From assembly GCF_022045235.1 (NCBI RefSeq), contig NW_027266319.1, positions 16,864,001 through 16,928,000 of the forward strand: a stretch of 64,000 bases of DNA, given 5' to 3'. Position 1 is the stretch's first letter. Each line of letters begins with the position of its first letter. The notes under the pieces were generated by a model. The model was not told the origin of the DNA. It did not search any database and was given only the letters and a program-made list of their open reading frames with translations. This stretch comes from Haliotis cracherodii. Taxonomy: Eukaryota. Below, piece by piece: positions 40,302 through 62,560 of the stretch. A program made the position numbers and the translations under genes.

Positions 40302-40447
40302 CAGTAAACTACGGTTATACCGAACTCAAAGGGACCACTAATTTTTATTCGTAATAACCGTAGTTGTACGAAATATACACAGCAAATGGACAGGACCAAA
40401 AAAATAGTTCGTTATATCCGTCAGTTCGTTATAAACGTAGTTTACTG
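40302..40447. mobile_element. Tc1/mariner-type MITE with TA TSD
   Basis: TA|CAGTAAACTACGGTTATA...TATAAACGTAGTTTACTG|TA. Confidence 0.8.
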
Positions 40448-42006
40448 TATAGAGAATACAACACTCATTCTCGTTACATACCATTTCTATCAAACCAGAG
40501 GACTTTCTATGGTATCTGACCGAACGAAAGCTTAAATGATATCTAAGGAGAATGAGTGTGTTATTTTATTTATCACCCACTGTATAAATATATATTTAAG
40601 TGTAAATACATAACACATTTCGTTCGGTGACAGACCAAACTGAAACCGGTTGCAAAATCTGGTTGCGCAGGAATTTTGATATATGCCCAAATATGGGCAT
40701 TGTTGACATTTCTATGCATACGTATTAACAGCATGCGCCTGCAGTTGTATTTGCAAACAAAACATCACCGACGCTCAAGATCCTTTTGGGAGAATTACTT
40801 CAACTTATGGTAATTCAAGCGCCATGTTGTTAGTACGTAGGACACCTATAAGAAAATTTTAAAAGTCACGTTAGCTGTGAATATCCGACCAAAAGTCGGT
40901 CACTCGCACTGCCGGGGATCTGTCTGCGCATTCAAAATGGTTTGGTTTCCTTGGTCTATCAGCTGAATTTATATCATGTCCGTACCATTGAGAAAGAGGG
41001 AATCAGAGAGTTCACCAAAGACATTCATATTAACTGTACTACCTATACTGTGATCGTGATCAACAAACTCAAGTCTGCTTGCATGTCAGTGACAGCTTCG
41101 AACGAAGGGCAAGGTCACCGCCGGAATAAGACATCCGTGATCTTCTCACAGCGTTTTACTGTTCACATTGGGGATATTTTTAGCCATATAATCAGAAGTC
41201 AGATCTCTACAGAGTTTTCGAAGTTTTTTGAGTAATCTGAACAACCCCCGAAACAGTGCCACAAACTACGCTTCGAAGGAGACACTGATATAGCACAACC
41301 GGATCATCCCAAGTAAGTCTAGATATCTGTCCAAATAGTTTAAACTGACTTCATTTCACCACGCATATCCTTTAACGTTAAATCAAATTGAAAATTGCGA
41401 AAGTAGTCGCGTGTGTCACGCTCATGGGTACCGTCGATCTATATGATCGGTAGTCGTACATTGTAAATGGATATATACATTGTAGTACGATATTTTATGA
41501 ATGAAAAAAGTAGTCCCGGTGTGACAGAGATCTCGGTTATGTCGAAAACTGTACGATCAAAAGCAACGCATGCAATTGCATTTCCACATTCCCCAATGTA
41601 ACAATGGTACTCATTAACCAAATAGATTTTGTTGGTTTGATTTAGTATGTGCTATAACCTAAACCAAAACATTAATTTATATTTCAAACAGTTTACTCAA
41701 TCAGTCCATCAATGACATTGCTAAACAGCAAAGCCAGAAAATAACTAGTCTCGATTATCTGCTGAAACAGATTCATCGGGGCGTGAAAGCAAATTAGTTA
41801 TGGAAATTATATGAATGGAGGCGCACACTTAGAGGGCCCAGCTTGCTTTATGCTCGAATTACTACCAGTGCCATAAAGATCTGCAGCTGGGCTATGTCCA
41901 ATAACAACACTTGTTAAACCATTTGAAACAGAAAAGACATATCATTGTTCCATTTTTATTCGGTCGTTCCATCAAGGGAACATTTGAGTGTCAGTTTGGG
42001 GTAGCA

Positions 42007-44331
<2,325 letters not shown>

Positions 44332-44418
44332 GATTGTTGTAGGTAGATGTGGACCTCACGTGGACTGCAAGTTATCTGGAGTGAGAAAGTCTAATGTGGA
44401 GAGCAGGTACCCAGACAC

Positions 44419-44487
44419 TTATATACACGTGGTGGTCAGCCGGTTGTCAAGGACGCTGATCCCTAGTAACCGTCGCTAAGCTCATTA
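44419..44487 (-). promoter_or_regulatory. copy 7 core promoter module plus TATA
   Basis: Module 44443-44487; TATATAA 44419-44425. Confidence 0.7.
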
Positions 44488-45426
44488 CTAAGTCGTCGCA
44501 AGAACCTTCTCAAAGTGATTTGCTTAAGCCGGGAATTTAATCGTGTTCTAAATCACTAATTCCCTGACAAAAGAATTAAGAAGTGTGTTACTGAAGAAGT
44601 TTCACTTTGAAGTCGATTATCCAGTGCTTGTTACAGATTTACAAGAGGGTTTTAATTAACTTAATTGGATGTTTTTTACCAGAAATATATTTACCCCCTT
44701 GTTACTTCATGCTCGTTTGAGACATTCTGTAGTTCTCACAATGCAGATTTTTTGAAAGTTAATTCGTTAGAAAACTAGCCTGCGCGAAAAAAACGTGAAA
44801 AAAACCCTATCACTTCTCGAATGCCCTTGCTATGATTCAATGAGAACTTTGTTGTACAACAATATTTTCTTGATCCAATAAATTGTTACTGATGATATTT
44901 CATGTTCATTGATACATAACAAATTGATATTTAAAAGTGTGCAAAATTATATAATGTCAACAAAACGATTTGATTTACATATTTGCTGTTTACTACAATT
45001 AAACATTTGTTATTTTACCATTTGCATCCTCTGCAGATGACTGGTATACATTATTAATCACATACTAATTTCTTTATTAATTATTGATATTACCATTTTC
45101 ACAGAAGTATCAGACTTTATATGCGCCTAATGTATTTCAATGTTTAGTATTTACACTATTAATCGCTGTCTGTAAATATGTTTATGGAAAGAGAGTTGTA
45201 AATTGGACAACGTTTGATCAATCAATTTGACCTTTTAATGACAACACATTATATTTAAAACAAAACAATTAACTGGATCTGTAGTTAATGCGAAGACTCT
45301 TTCTCTCTACAACTCTCATTAAATAGTTTATATGTGTTAGGCAGGTAAAAACAACATAGTATGAACAGCCTGGAAATCTTTAAAACACAGTTTCCTTTTC
45401 AGATATGAAATTTATTACAGCAAAAG

Positions 45427-45710
45427 GCCCGTGAAGATCCTGAATAAAATAGGTCTTCAGCAACCCCTGCTTGCCGTAAAAGGCGACTATGCTTGCCGTA
45501 AGAGGCGACTAAATGGATCGGGTGGTCAAGATCACTGACTTAGTCGATGCATGTCATCGTATTCCAATTGCGTGGATCGATGCTCATGATGTTAATCATT
45601 GGATGGTCTGGTTCAGACTCGATTATTTCAGACCGCTGTCGTATAGCTGGAATATTGCTGAACATTGCTGAATATTGTTAAACAAAAACAAACACACAAA
45701 ACAAACAAGT
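45427..45710 (+). mobile_element. family C retroposon
   Basis: GCCCGTGAAGATCC...AGGCGACT...TAGCTGGAATATTGCTG. Confidence 0.8.
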
Positions 45711-46521
45711 AAAAAAGTAAAGTGCACATGTACAACACTTGGATGTGTCTACTATTTTTAAAAAGGAAGAAAATACGCATGTGTACTTATTTATATACTG
45801 ATACAGAAACGGAGGAACCTGTCCCTTATATATATAAATGATTCACTACTCATAGTGTTAAGGGCTTTGGGGTATGGGTATGGGCAGGCCGATGGGTGTA
45901 GTGTAGTGGTAAACGTGTTCGCTCTTCACGCCGGTGATCTGGTTTCGATTCCTCAAAAAAATACAGTTTGTCAAGACCTGGTGTCCATCGCCTTGACATG
46001 ACTGGAATGCAGAGTTATGACAGGTTTCTGTGATCGTGGGTTCGAATCCCAGGTTCGCTTTGATTCGTTTTGTCAGCACCATGCCCGTGACCCGTTGTTA
46101 TGGGTTCCATCAAAGTGATTAGAAAATTAATGCACCCCGTTGGACTTGCTTCATTCCGTTTCTCTGACACGCTGTGATATAACTTAAATATTGGCCAAAG
46201 CGGTTTAAAATATAACTCTTCTCGTTGTACTTACTTATAAGCAGCAGAATTTCTGCACTTGTACACATCATGCGTAATTCAAATTAACATCGTTTAAGTT
46301 TCAACAAAATACAAAATGCGCTAAAGGGTGACTGGGATCTCTGGTCCATCACTTGATTGTCTGGTTTGTTATCATGCCGCCGTCACATGTCAGGGGTACT
46401 GCTGTGGGGTGTCAGGCAGCAAACCTATCTCAGTGCAAACTGTGTGAGTGGCGGATGCTACCGGGGGGGTAGGACTTGTTTGCCCTTTTGGCGAACACCT
46501 GGTGTTGTCACTGACTCTCAG

Positions 46522-46792
46522 TGTTGGTTGGTTGGCTGGTTTGTTGTTTTACGCTGCACTCAGCAATATTCCAGCTATATGACGGCGGTCTGTAAATAAT
46601 CGAGTCTGGACTAGACAATCCAGTGATTAATGTCATGAGCATCAATCCACGCCATTGGGATTGATGACATGTATCAACCAAGTCAGCGAGCCTTACCACC
46701 CGATCCCGTAAGTCGCCTTTTACGACAAGCATAGTCACCTTTTACGGCAAGCATGGGTTGCTGAAGACCTATTCTATCCCAGAACCTTCACG
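46522..46792 (-). mobile_element. family C retroposon
   Basis: Homology to 7857-8128. Confidence 0.8.
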
Positions 46793-47591
46793 ACTTTCAG
46801 TGATTCATTTATGATTTTTTCGCCGCTGTGTTGCCTTTTATGCCCAGTGGAATCTGATTCCACAGATAATCGAGATTATTCTCCGACATTGATGTTTTGT
46901 ATATTGCGATAGCTACTGACGCGCAGCCTCTGTAAAAAACATACTCATGAATTCTCAAGTCTTCAAAGCGCCAGATTTGAGAATACATATAACCTGGCAA
47001 TTGATGCAAGTGGCTTTGATGCTCATCTACTTGCAAAGTGCGGATGGAATATACCCACTGCCAACACTCTTCTGGCTTCAAGAATGGGACACTTGCCCCT
47101 TCCAAGACATTGGACAGTGACTTAAATCTTAAACATGATTATTATTGGGTTTGATATCTTTGACTGCCGCCACTTATTTGACCAACTCTATTGCCTTTTG
47201 TGAGTGTCAACACAATTCGGTCACTGAGGCTTTACGGACCAAAACATTTGGGGTCGTACTTTGGAACTGTTAGAAATTATTACTTGGAATATGTAATACA
47301 TTTTATTTTTTATACTTGGTAAATTGGTCAATACTGAAATGCGCGATCGTATCTGAATGATTTTATAAAATGAACTTATTGCCTTTTAATTGATGAAAGA
47401 CGCTCGTTGTGGTCAAGGGAAATACGTGTTGCACGTGCGAAATTGACTAAGCACAGGTCAAGTCCACATCTGTTTTTTTGTTTTGACAAGTATCAGCACA
47501 CACACAGCTATCTCCGTTAATTTATAATTGCAATATTTCGTTATTCCATTTCAAGTGACAAGGACTACAATATGATGAATAATTTCTGAAT

Positions 47592-48720
47592 GATCACCAA
47601 AGAATAATGAAGGAACCAACATGGAATCGTCAAGGGAATATCAAGGAATCATCAAAGAATCACCAAGGAATCACCAATGGAGTATCAACGAATCACCAAG
47701 GAATCACCAATGGAGTATCAGCGAATCACCAAGGAATCACCAATGGAGCATCAAGGAATCACCAAGGAATCACCAATGGAGTATCAACGAATCACCAAGG
47801 AATCACAAATGGAGTATCAACGAATCGCCTATGGAGTATCAACGAATCACCAAGGAATCATCAATGGAGCATCAACGAATCATCAAAGAATCACAAATGG
47901 AGCATCAAGGAATCGCCAATGAATCACAAATGATGTATCAACGAATCATCAAGGAATCACCAATGGAGTATCAACGAATCATCAAGGAATCACTAATGGA
48001 GCATCAAAGAATCACAAATGGAGCATCAAGGAATCACTAAAGGACTATCGATAAATCATCAAGGAGTCATCGCGGGACTATAAAGGAAGCATCAAGGAAT
48101 TATTAAGGAATCACCAAGGTATCATCAAAGAATCATTGAGGAATCATTAAAGACTTATCAAGGGACATACCAGGATTCATCAAGGAATCATTGCGGATTC
48201 ATCAACGAACTATGAGGGATCACATCAAGGGACTCTCGAGGAATCATTGAGGAGTTATCAAGGGACTCTGAAGGAATCATCAATGAATTATAAATGGATC
48301 ATCAAGGGATATCAAGGAATCACCGTCGAATCATGAAAGGACTCTCAAGGAATCATTGAGGAATTATCAAGGGACTCTGAAGGAATCATCAATGAATTAT
48401 AAATGGATCATCAAGGGGTATCAAGGACTCACCGTGGAATCATGAAGGGACTCTCAAGGAACCATCGAGGTATATCATCAAGGGACGCCCATGGAATCAT
48501 TGAGGAATCATCAAGGGACGCTAAAGGAATCATTGAGGAACTATCAAGGGACTCTCAAGGATTCATCGGGAAATCATCAAGGGCTATCAAGGAATCATGA
48601 AGGGGCTATCAAGAAATCAATTTCAGAATCATCAAGGAACTTTCAAGGAATCATTGGGGAATCATCAAGGGACCCTCAAGGAATCACTGAAGAATAATCA
48701 AGGGGCTATCGAAGAATGTT
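47592..48720. repeat. GGAATCA(C/T)CAA-based low-complexity tandem array
   Basis: 11-bp core in 33-bp higher-order units; related array at 54045-54315. Confidence 0.85.
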
Positions 48721-49074
48721 CAATAAATAACCATTTTAGAATGTGTGTGAACTATGGAATCTCCTATTCTAGACATTGGCGTACCCACGTAGCTTAATCG
48801 TCACCTGCGGGAGGCGTCTTGTAATACAAATGTGCTTATGGCGTTTGGAAGATCACCATGACAACAAGAGGGTGAGAGTGCGTGAACTTCACATCGCTTT
48901 CAGCAATTTATTTGCATCATCATGGCGTGATAATGAGATAATAGTACTGTTCCGATTACCAAAGATTCACATTATTAATCCAGGTTCAGAATTTTATACC
49001 AATAATATACCAGTTAAAACAGTGTGTGTGCGTATATTCCAATTAAAATACCATTTTGAAGAATAATTTACTAC

Positions 49075-49400
49075 CGACAATAAGTACGGAGACTGATGAA
49101 ATGATAGTGATGATGTAATGAATTAAAATTAATTTCGGGCGTGTAGATCGTTATCTGGTGTATCCTCCATGTTGCGAGACACCTTGATGGCACACTAGTG
49201 ATGAACTGGTGCATGCTTGTATTTGGTATTGCCCGCAATTCCCCCTTAAGGGCTACCAACAGATGCTCAATTGGGGACATGTCAAGGGACTTAGCGGGCC
49301 GGCCCAATGTACGTATCCTTTCTCGTCGGAGATAATCGGTGACTATCTGGGCACGATGTTGTCTGGCATTGTCCTCTTGCAGTTAATTTTTTTTACCTAT
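49075..49400 (-). mobile_element. Tc1/mariner transposase 3' fragment, degenerate
   Basis: QEDNARQHRA and PAKSLDMSPIEHL motifs; same family as 63100-64000. Confidence 0.65.
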
Positions 49401-49837
49401 AAATCTACCCCTATCAAATCTTTTTAACCTATAAATTCGTCACCATATCGCTGGCCAGTCAAATGTCCATTCACATTGACATAATCAGTTCAGCTATGTG
49501 TAATAATGTGTTTCGAGGTGTATCACGATTATCTGGGAGTGGTACTATGTCTATGTAGTGTCATGTTCACTTGTTACAGTAATGATAAGCTTATTCTGTT
49601 CGTCTAAAAACAAAGGACAACCTCAGAAATCAAAGCTTTGCGTCATTCCGCAAGTATTAACAATATTTCATCTTCATCTTCCATTAACAAACTTAACAGG
49701 ACGTGTCAATGAATATATGTCATATTAAGGTGGCTATCAGACAACAATGCTCGAAAGTCAAACAGACAATTTATTGTATTCAATATTTTATTCGGTCGTT
49801 CCATTAGGGGAACATTTGAGTGTCAACTGAGGTAGCA

Positions 49838-52616
<2,779 letters not shown>

Positions 52617-52704
52617 GATTTTTTGTATGTAGGTGGAGATCTCACGCGGACTGCAAGTTGTCTGGAGTGAGAAAGTCTGATGTAGAGGGCAGACTCCCGG
52701 ACAC

Positions 52705-52773
52705 TTATATGCACGTGGTGGTCAGCCGGTTGTCAGGGACGCTGATCCGTAATGGCCGTTGTTAAGCTCATTA
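52705..52773 (-). promoter_or_regulatory. copy 8 core promoter module with variant TATA (CATATAA)
   Basis: Module 52729-52773, more diverged; CATATAA at 52705-52711. Confidence 0.6.
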
Positions 52774-54354
52774 CAAGGCTGTAGCAAAAACTCGCTCAAA
52801 GGGATTTACTTGATCAATGTAATCCTGTTCTAAATCACTAATTCCCTGACAAACAATTCTAAACCTCATATGACATGCTATTGTTTTCAGCCATGCTAAA
52901 TCTGTTGACGGAAAATCAAAGAACAATAGACCGAGTGTTCTATTAAGCGCAGGTAGAACTAAGATACGTTCTATCTGAGAGCGTCGTTGTTCTTTATCAA
53001 ACTAAGATAGATTCTAATGTTTGAAGTTTTTCTAGTCATTGCGTTTTTCTTTGTATACACCTTTAGTCTATTTAGTGGAATATGTTTCTGTTCACATTAA
53101 AACCAACCGAATGCTGTTTTCTTCAAATCTGATAAAGCAATAGACAAAACATTTACACATCGGTTGTTGCAATTAACAGAAACTAAAATAACTGAAACAC
53201 ACAAAATGTACCTTCCATTAATGTACAACCTATATTGAAATGAAAACACAGTTAGTCTTCCTGATTGTGAAAACCAATGACAGTGGATGGGTTTAAAGGC
53301 GCATATTGTCCCCAGCCTGTACAATGACAGCCGTATGTGTCGAGTCAGTGGACGATGGATGCGACTTTTCCCCCTAAAAGAACACCAGAAAGATTCATTT
53401 CAGAGCTTGGCCGTTTGTACATCTTGACCTGAAACATGCAGCCAATGACTAAGCACACGAATTCAAAATTGGAACTTGACTAACTTTAATGTAGAAATGC
53501 TCATCTTTTAAACAAAGACGTAGTTAGTAAATTCATATGACCACACGGTCGTTTTACGAAGCATTTACCTATAATTTTCTCAACATTTTACAAGTATAAC
53601 AAGCGAGATATATACAAAAGGACCGAATGGGGTATAATATCTTAAAAGCTAAATGTGTACTAAACCTTGTAAAATATACTAGCGAAAAAACGTTCGAGTG
53701 TATGACTATCGTGGGAAATAATAAATAAACGCAAAGAACGATTTAATAATATTTTAAAAGTTCTTGAAACATGAATTCATCGGACAGTGTCAACACATAT
53801 GTCCTCTGTAAACGTCATCTCAAGCTGACGTGGGGTCAGTTCACATGTCAGTATCGGGTATGACCACATTAGTAGTGACACAAGCTTGACAACGGCTCCT
53901 CAGTGGCGAAAACCAGATGGATAAAGAAGGGTTGTGTGGTGTCATTACACATCTGGAACAAGGCCAGTTGTAGCTGGACCAACGTCAAGGGTTGATTTAG
54001 AAGTCGGTGTAAATGACGTTTTATTTAAGAAAATCATAGAACATTCATCAAGGAATCGCCAAGGGAAAATCTAGGAATCATCAAAGAAGCATGAGGTTAT
54101 CACCAATGAACTGTCAAGGAATCATCAAGGCACCATCCAGGAATCATTAAGGAATCTTCGAAGAATCATAAAGGAATCGTCAAGGGAAAATCAGGAATCA
54201 TCAAGGCATCAACAAGGAATCACCAATAATTCACGCTGAATCATCAAAGAATCATGAAATGACGAAAGAGGAAACATAATGGAATCACGAAGGGATCATT
54301 AAGGAATCACCAAAGGACAATGGACTGTATTAACTGGAACGAAATTAACTCGAT

Positions 54355-55800
54355 ATAATCACTGTTGGAAGTATTAGTGTGACTGGGTGTATCAAGATAC
54401 AATCACTATTGGACGTATTAGTGCGACTGGGTTTATCAAGATACAATCACTACTGGAAGCAGTGTGACTGGGTGTATCAAGATATAATCAGTATTGGACG
54501 TATTAGTGTGACTAGGTGTATCAAGATACAATCAGTATTGGAAGTATTAGTGTGACTGGGTGTATCAAGATACAATCACTATTGGACGTTTTAGCGTGAC
54601 TGGGCGTATCAAGATACAATCACTATTGGACGTATTAGCGTGACTAGGTGTATCAAGATACAATCAGTATTGGAAGTATTAGCGTGACTGGGTGTATCAA
54701 GATACAATCACTATTGGACGTTTTAGCGTGACTGGGTGTATCAAGATACAATCACTATTGGACGTATTAGCGTGACTAGGTGTATCAAGATACAATCAGT
54801 ATTGGAAGTATTAGTGTGACTGGGTGTATCAAGATACAATCACTATTGGATGTATTAGCGTCACTGGGTTTATCAAGATACAATCACTATTGGAAGTATT
54901 AATGTGACCGGGTGAATCAAGTTACAATCACTATTTGAAGTATAAGTGTGACTAGGTGTATCAAGATACAATCACTATTGGAATCATTAGCGTGACTAGG
55001 TGTATCAAAATACAATCACTATTTGAAGTATTAGTGTGACTGGATGTATTAAGATACAACCACTATTGGAAGTATTAGTGTCTCTGGATGTATCAAGATA
55101 CAACCACTATTGGAAGTATTAGTGTGACTAGGTGTATCAAGATACAATCAATATTGGAATCATTAGCGTGACTAGGTGTATCAAAATACAATCACTATTT
55201 GAAGTATTAGTGTGACTGGGTGTATCAAAATACAATCACTATTTGAAGTATTAGTGTGACTGGATGTATCAAGATACAACCACTATTGGAAGTATTAGTG
55301 TGACTGGGGGTGTCAAGATACAATCACTACTAGAAGTATTAGTCTGACTAGATGTATCAAGATACAACCACTATTGGAAGTATTAGTGTGACTAAGTATA
55401 TCAATATATAATCACTATTAGAAGTATTAGTGTGACTAGATGCATCAAGATACAATCAGTATTGGAAGTATTAGTGTCACTGGGTGTATCAAGATACAAT
55501 CACTATTGGATGTATTAGCGTCACTGGGTTTATCAAGATACAATCAGTATTGGAAGTATCAAGATACAATCAATATTGGAATCATTAGCGTGACTAGGTG
55601 TATCAAGATACAATCAGTATTGGAAGTATTAGTGTGACTGGGTGTATCAAGATACAATCACTATTGGATGTCTTAGCGTCACTGGGTGTATCAAGATACA
55701 ATCACTATTGGAAGCATTAGTGTGACTAGGTGCATGAAGATTCAAGCACTTTGGGAAGTATTAGTGTGACTTGGTGTACAATCATTATTGGAAGTATGTA
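54355..55800. repeat. 44-bp tandem satellite (~33 units), degenerating to ~56160
   Basis: CAAGATACAATCACTATTGGAAGTATTAGTGTGACTGGGTGTAT units. Confidence 0.95.
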
Positions 55801-56633
55801 TGTGACTAAATAATTTACAATGTAATCACTGTTTGAAATAAAGATCTCTCCAGATGATTAAATACGAAATGACTATTTGACGTATCTATGTGATGATATG
55901 ATTCAAGATGTAGTTACTATTTGAAATTATAAATGTGACAAGATGATTAAATACGAAATGATTGTTTGAAGTATCTATGTGACTAGATGTTTCCAGATGT
56001 AGTTACTATTTGAGGGTCCATGTTACAAGATAATTAAATACGAAATTAATATTTGGAGTATGTATGTGATGACGTGTTTCAAGAAATAGTCACTATGTGA
56101 AGTATCCATGTAGCTAGATAGTTTAAGATGACTAGATGTTTCAAACTGTAGTCACTACTGGGCGCACCTGTGGGATACTATGTTTCGATGTGCATCACGG
56201 TTATGCTGTAGTTGTAAGATATCTATTTAGTGTCATTTTCACTTGAAGCTTTTCTGATAAGCTCCATTTATAAAATGAATTATATTCTGATCAAGGCTAC
56301 TATTCCAGGTACGCAATTTAAATAGAAAACGGTCCAGGTGAAGGTCTGATTAAAAGAACCTATGTCATGAACACATATAGTGACTTTATATGACAATAGG
56401 CATCTAGTCGTCCACAGGACTACATCGGAGATCAAGGCGAGTAGGTGTTATTCTGTGAATATTTAACAATGCTTCATCTTCACCATATGCAACCAAGGAC
56501 GGTTGATACACATAAGTTACATAAGTGTCACTGTTAAGGGTGTTGGACAAACGACAAATAGACAATGTTATATATTTCAGATTTTATTCGGTCGTTCCAT
56601 CAAGGGAACATTTGAGTGTCAACTGGGGTAGCA

Positions 56634-59077
<2,444 letters not shown>

Positions 59078-59164
59078 GATTGTTGTAGGTAGATGTGGAC
59101 CTCACGTGGACTGCAAGTTTTCTGGAGTGAGAAAGTCTGATGTAGAGAGCAGGTGCCCGGACAC

Positions 59165-59233
59165 TTATATACACGCACTGGACAGAAGGTTGTCAAGGAC
59201 GCTGGTCCATAGCAACTGTTGCTGAGTTCATTA
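59165..59233 (-). promoter_or_regulatory. copy 9 core promoter module plus TATA
   Basis: Module 59189-59233 including CCATAGCAAC; TATATAA 59165-59171. Confidence 0.7.
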
Positions 59234-60329
59234 GAAATCTGTTGTATGGACTTTACAAGGCATTTGTTCAAGCCGTGAACTTGATTGTGCCTTCCGCCAT
59301 TAATTTAAATAGCGCACTAATTAAGAATAAGTCTGTTGAAGATGTAATTAACTTCAATATCGTGAAGCATAGACCGTTTAGGTCAATTACAGATGCAGGA
59401 TGAGAGTTGAATTCCCGTTAATTTTTCATGATATTTTCCTATTGTGTTTGTACTTTTCAAGACAAATGCCTTGCTAATCCATAATAGACACATCAGCTTA
59501 AGATTTCGTTGAAGTTAGTTGTCACTGAGTGTGAATAACAAGACTGTATGCCTTTGACAATGCAGTAGTGATTTCCGGCTTGTTGAGCCTTGTTAACTGA
59601 ACTGTGATGACAGATTGGTCGTGTAGAGATCGTCTCGTCAGAGTAAAATTGTGCTGGAAGAACATACTTGAGACTGGAAAATAACTTCGAGACAACTGTA
59701 AGTTCGACAAATCGGAGGTAATATGATGATGAATAAAGAAGGAATACGCGGGGACCAAGCTTTTTCCTCGAGACAACCGTAAGTTCGCCACATCAGGGTT
59801 TGACTGTAAATGTAATGTTTCCTTGGTATCAACTGGATCCTTTCTAACAATACTTTTGCTGCAGACATAACGTTTTATATATAAGAATATATACCAGTGA
59901 CCCTCTAACAATCATATGGCTATTTATGTAACGTTTACTTGAAAATTGCAAAATATTCTCTATGAATTCATCTAGAACTGTCACCTTTACAGATATAACT
60001 AAAAGCGACAAAAACATTTCCATAACCACAAGAAATCTCAGAGAACATATGAAAAAATATGTGACTATAAATTACTATTACTAATTTACGACTGAAAAGG
60101 CGGGCTCTTTACTCTCTAACACTTATTTAGCTACACATGTAACGGTGTATTAATATCGTCTACTTTTTATCTCCGACAATCCTAGGGCAATGGATGTAAA
60201 GGTTTGCCAATATATGGTAGTTACCCTCTGACAAATAAAGCTAGAGATGTGAAGTAAACTGATAAATGCCTGTTAGTGTTTAACAATTAAATAGCTGTTA
60301 ATATAACGTTACACTGTGACCGTCATGGA

Positions 60330-60500
60330 GGTAGAACGGGATCGGGTGATCAGGCTCGCTGATTTGGTTGATGCATGTTATCGGATCTCAATTGCGTGAT
60401 GATGTTAATCACTGGATTGTCCGGTCCAGATTCCATTATTTACAGACTATTTTCATATAGCTGGAATATTGCTGAGTGCGGCGTCAAACAACAAACGAAC
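60330..60500 (+). mobile_element. family C retroposon, 5'-truncated
   Basis: CGGGATCGGGTGATCAGGCTCGCTG...GCTGAGTGCGGCGTCAAACAAC. Confidence 0.7.
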
Positions 60501-61149
60501 ATAGAGATAGAGATGTAACGATTTGCTGATCAATTTACACTCTGATAATCATGTCGGCATTTTTATAAGTGCTACATAAAGAAATGACGACGACAAAAGA
60601 GTAGTAAACTGACAAGCAGAGCGCCTGTCACTACCAACACACAAATAATGATGATGGCACCAGCAATCGGTGCGGATGTATTAGTGTTATACGAAGAAGT
60701 CTAAAAACGTTCCTTTTAACAACGCCCCCAAAATATCAGCACTCAGCACTCGCCCCCACCCCCCACCCCCATTTACTGACATCGTTAACTTTGCAACACC
60801 CATCTTCGTGTAGATGTTATATTTAACTGTCAATAGAAAGTCAACCTACCCCGAATAGTTAACTTTGCTACACCCACCAACGTGTAAATGTAACCATTTC
60901 CTGATGTCCGACAGTTATCTATGCAGACACGCACCTTCGTTAACTGCTACGTTTCACTGATGCCAAATGGTTGACGCCAAATATTTAAGCATGCAACACT
61001 CACCTACAGGTACAGGTACCGTTTTACGCACACACAAATTGTTAACTTCGCAACACTCATCTACAAATAGGCCCCGATTAACCCCAAAGAAAATACCCCA
61101 TCACATTTTGAAAATGTAAAACCAATGCGATATGAATGAGTTATTGAAA

Positions 61150-62560
61150 CATTGTGTTACATTAAGACTGAAACACAGCTGTGGCATTTGAAAAAAATCG
61201 AGAATTTCGTGCAAATTGTGGAAATCACTTATTTCCACATAAAAATGAAACGCAGTTGACATAGAACATGGCATCAGTCGTCAAAGTGATTACATAGACC
61301 TTAGGCAACAAGAACACACCTTGTTATGTCCAGGTTAACTCAAGAACAGCGCGAAAGAGGATAATATGGGATCGTTGACCACAGACTAATGGAACGTTTT
61401 AGACGGACAGACAGACAGGACCGTGGAAAGAACAAGAACCGGCACTCCATGGGTCCCCCACCCCTCGAGAAGACCGATACCTGCGCACATTGCACCTGAG
61501 GAATCGTTTCCTGACGGTGGCAGAAACGTCGTCAACGGCACTGGGTCACGTGACAAGAAGATTACGTTTTGCTGGAACCTGTGCCCGTCGACCATACCGT
61601 AGAACAACGCTGACTCCAGAACATCAAACAACAGATTACGTTGGTGAAGGAGACTTTGACGTTGACAACTGCGTGATTGGCGCCGTGTAATCTTAAGGAA
61701 CGAGAGTCGTGTTTGTCTATATCACAATGATTGAAGAACTCTATCGACGTACAGGATAAGGTCAGGCGCCACCATGCGTGATGCAAGGTCAACGTATGGT
61801 GCGGGTGTTGCGAGGGTTTGCGGATGCGTCTGCGGTGAGAACAAGACGCTATTGGTTACAGGTCAGCAGAACATGACAGCTTAGCGTTACATGGACCATG
61901 TGATCAGACCTGTCGTGGTTCCATTCATCCAAAATCAAAAACAAGGAACGTTGCAGCAGGATAACGCCACAGCTCCCACTGCAAGGATTGTGACCAGTTT
62001 ATGAACGCGAATAACGTCAACTTGTTGCCTTAACCGTCACATTCGCTTGATCTGTCTCCATTAGCGAACTTCTTTGAGAGGCATTTAGAAGTTGTAGTAC
62101 TAAGTAAGGATAAGATTAATGGATGAACAACTTCTTTATTACAATAAGAAGCGACGTTTCGGTGTAGGCACTAACAGGTTACCATGATGCTTGATAACGG
62201 TGTTAGAGGCTAAAATAGAAAGTCGCTCCTTATTGTTATAAAGAAGTTGTTCATCCATAAATCTTATCCTTACTTATCTATCAGAGAACTTATGGGACGG
62301 CCTGGGAAGGAAATCAGAAAAGCACCAATCCCCCATCAAACATGAGCGATTTGGAACAGGCCCTTAATGAAGAATTAATTTCCCAGTAAAGTTTTCAAAC
62401 GTCATACAACGTCAATGCGACGCCGTGTTTTGGTGTGTTTAACGCTCAAGAAGGGCACATAAAGTACTGAGCAATGTGATCATATTGAAGAAGAATTTTG
62501 ACTTGTAAAACTCTATGCTTCAAACATGTACAAATGAAATTTGGAACCCAAGTCATGCAC
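61150..62560 (+). mobile_element. degenerate Tc1-like transposon, interrupted by a palindromic insert
   Basis: HLRNRF, RRPYRRTTLTPEH, QQDNATAPTAR and SLDLSPL...ENL-W motifs with frameshifts and stops; boundaries approximate. Confidence 0.7.
62101..62276. mobile_element. palindromic Penelope-like repeat remnant inside the Tc1 element
   Basis: Arms TAAGTAAGGATAAGATTAATGGATGAACAACTTCTTTAT / ATAAAGAAGTTGTTCATCCATAAATCTTATCCTTACTTA; core TTGATAACGGTG and CCGAAACGTCGC. Confidence 0.55.

Noticed and set aside
40455-40640. Interleaved imperfect inverted repeats
   Set aside because: Probably the end of a non-autonomous DNA element, but boundaries and family cannot be supported from this window.
47607-48797. 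NHQGITNG / ESPMEYQR repeat ORFs
   Set aside because: Low-complexity tandem array open in all three frames; no gene structure.
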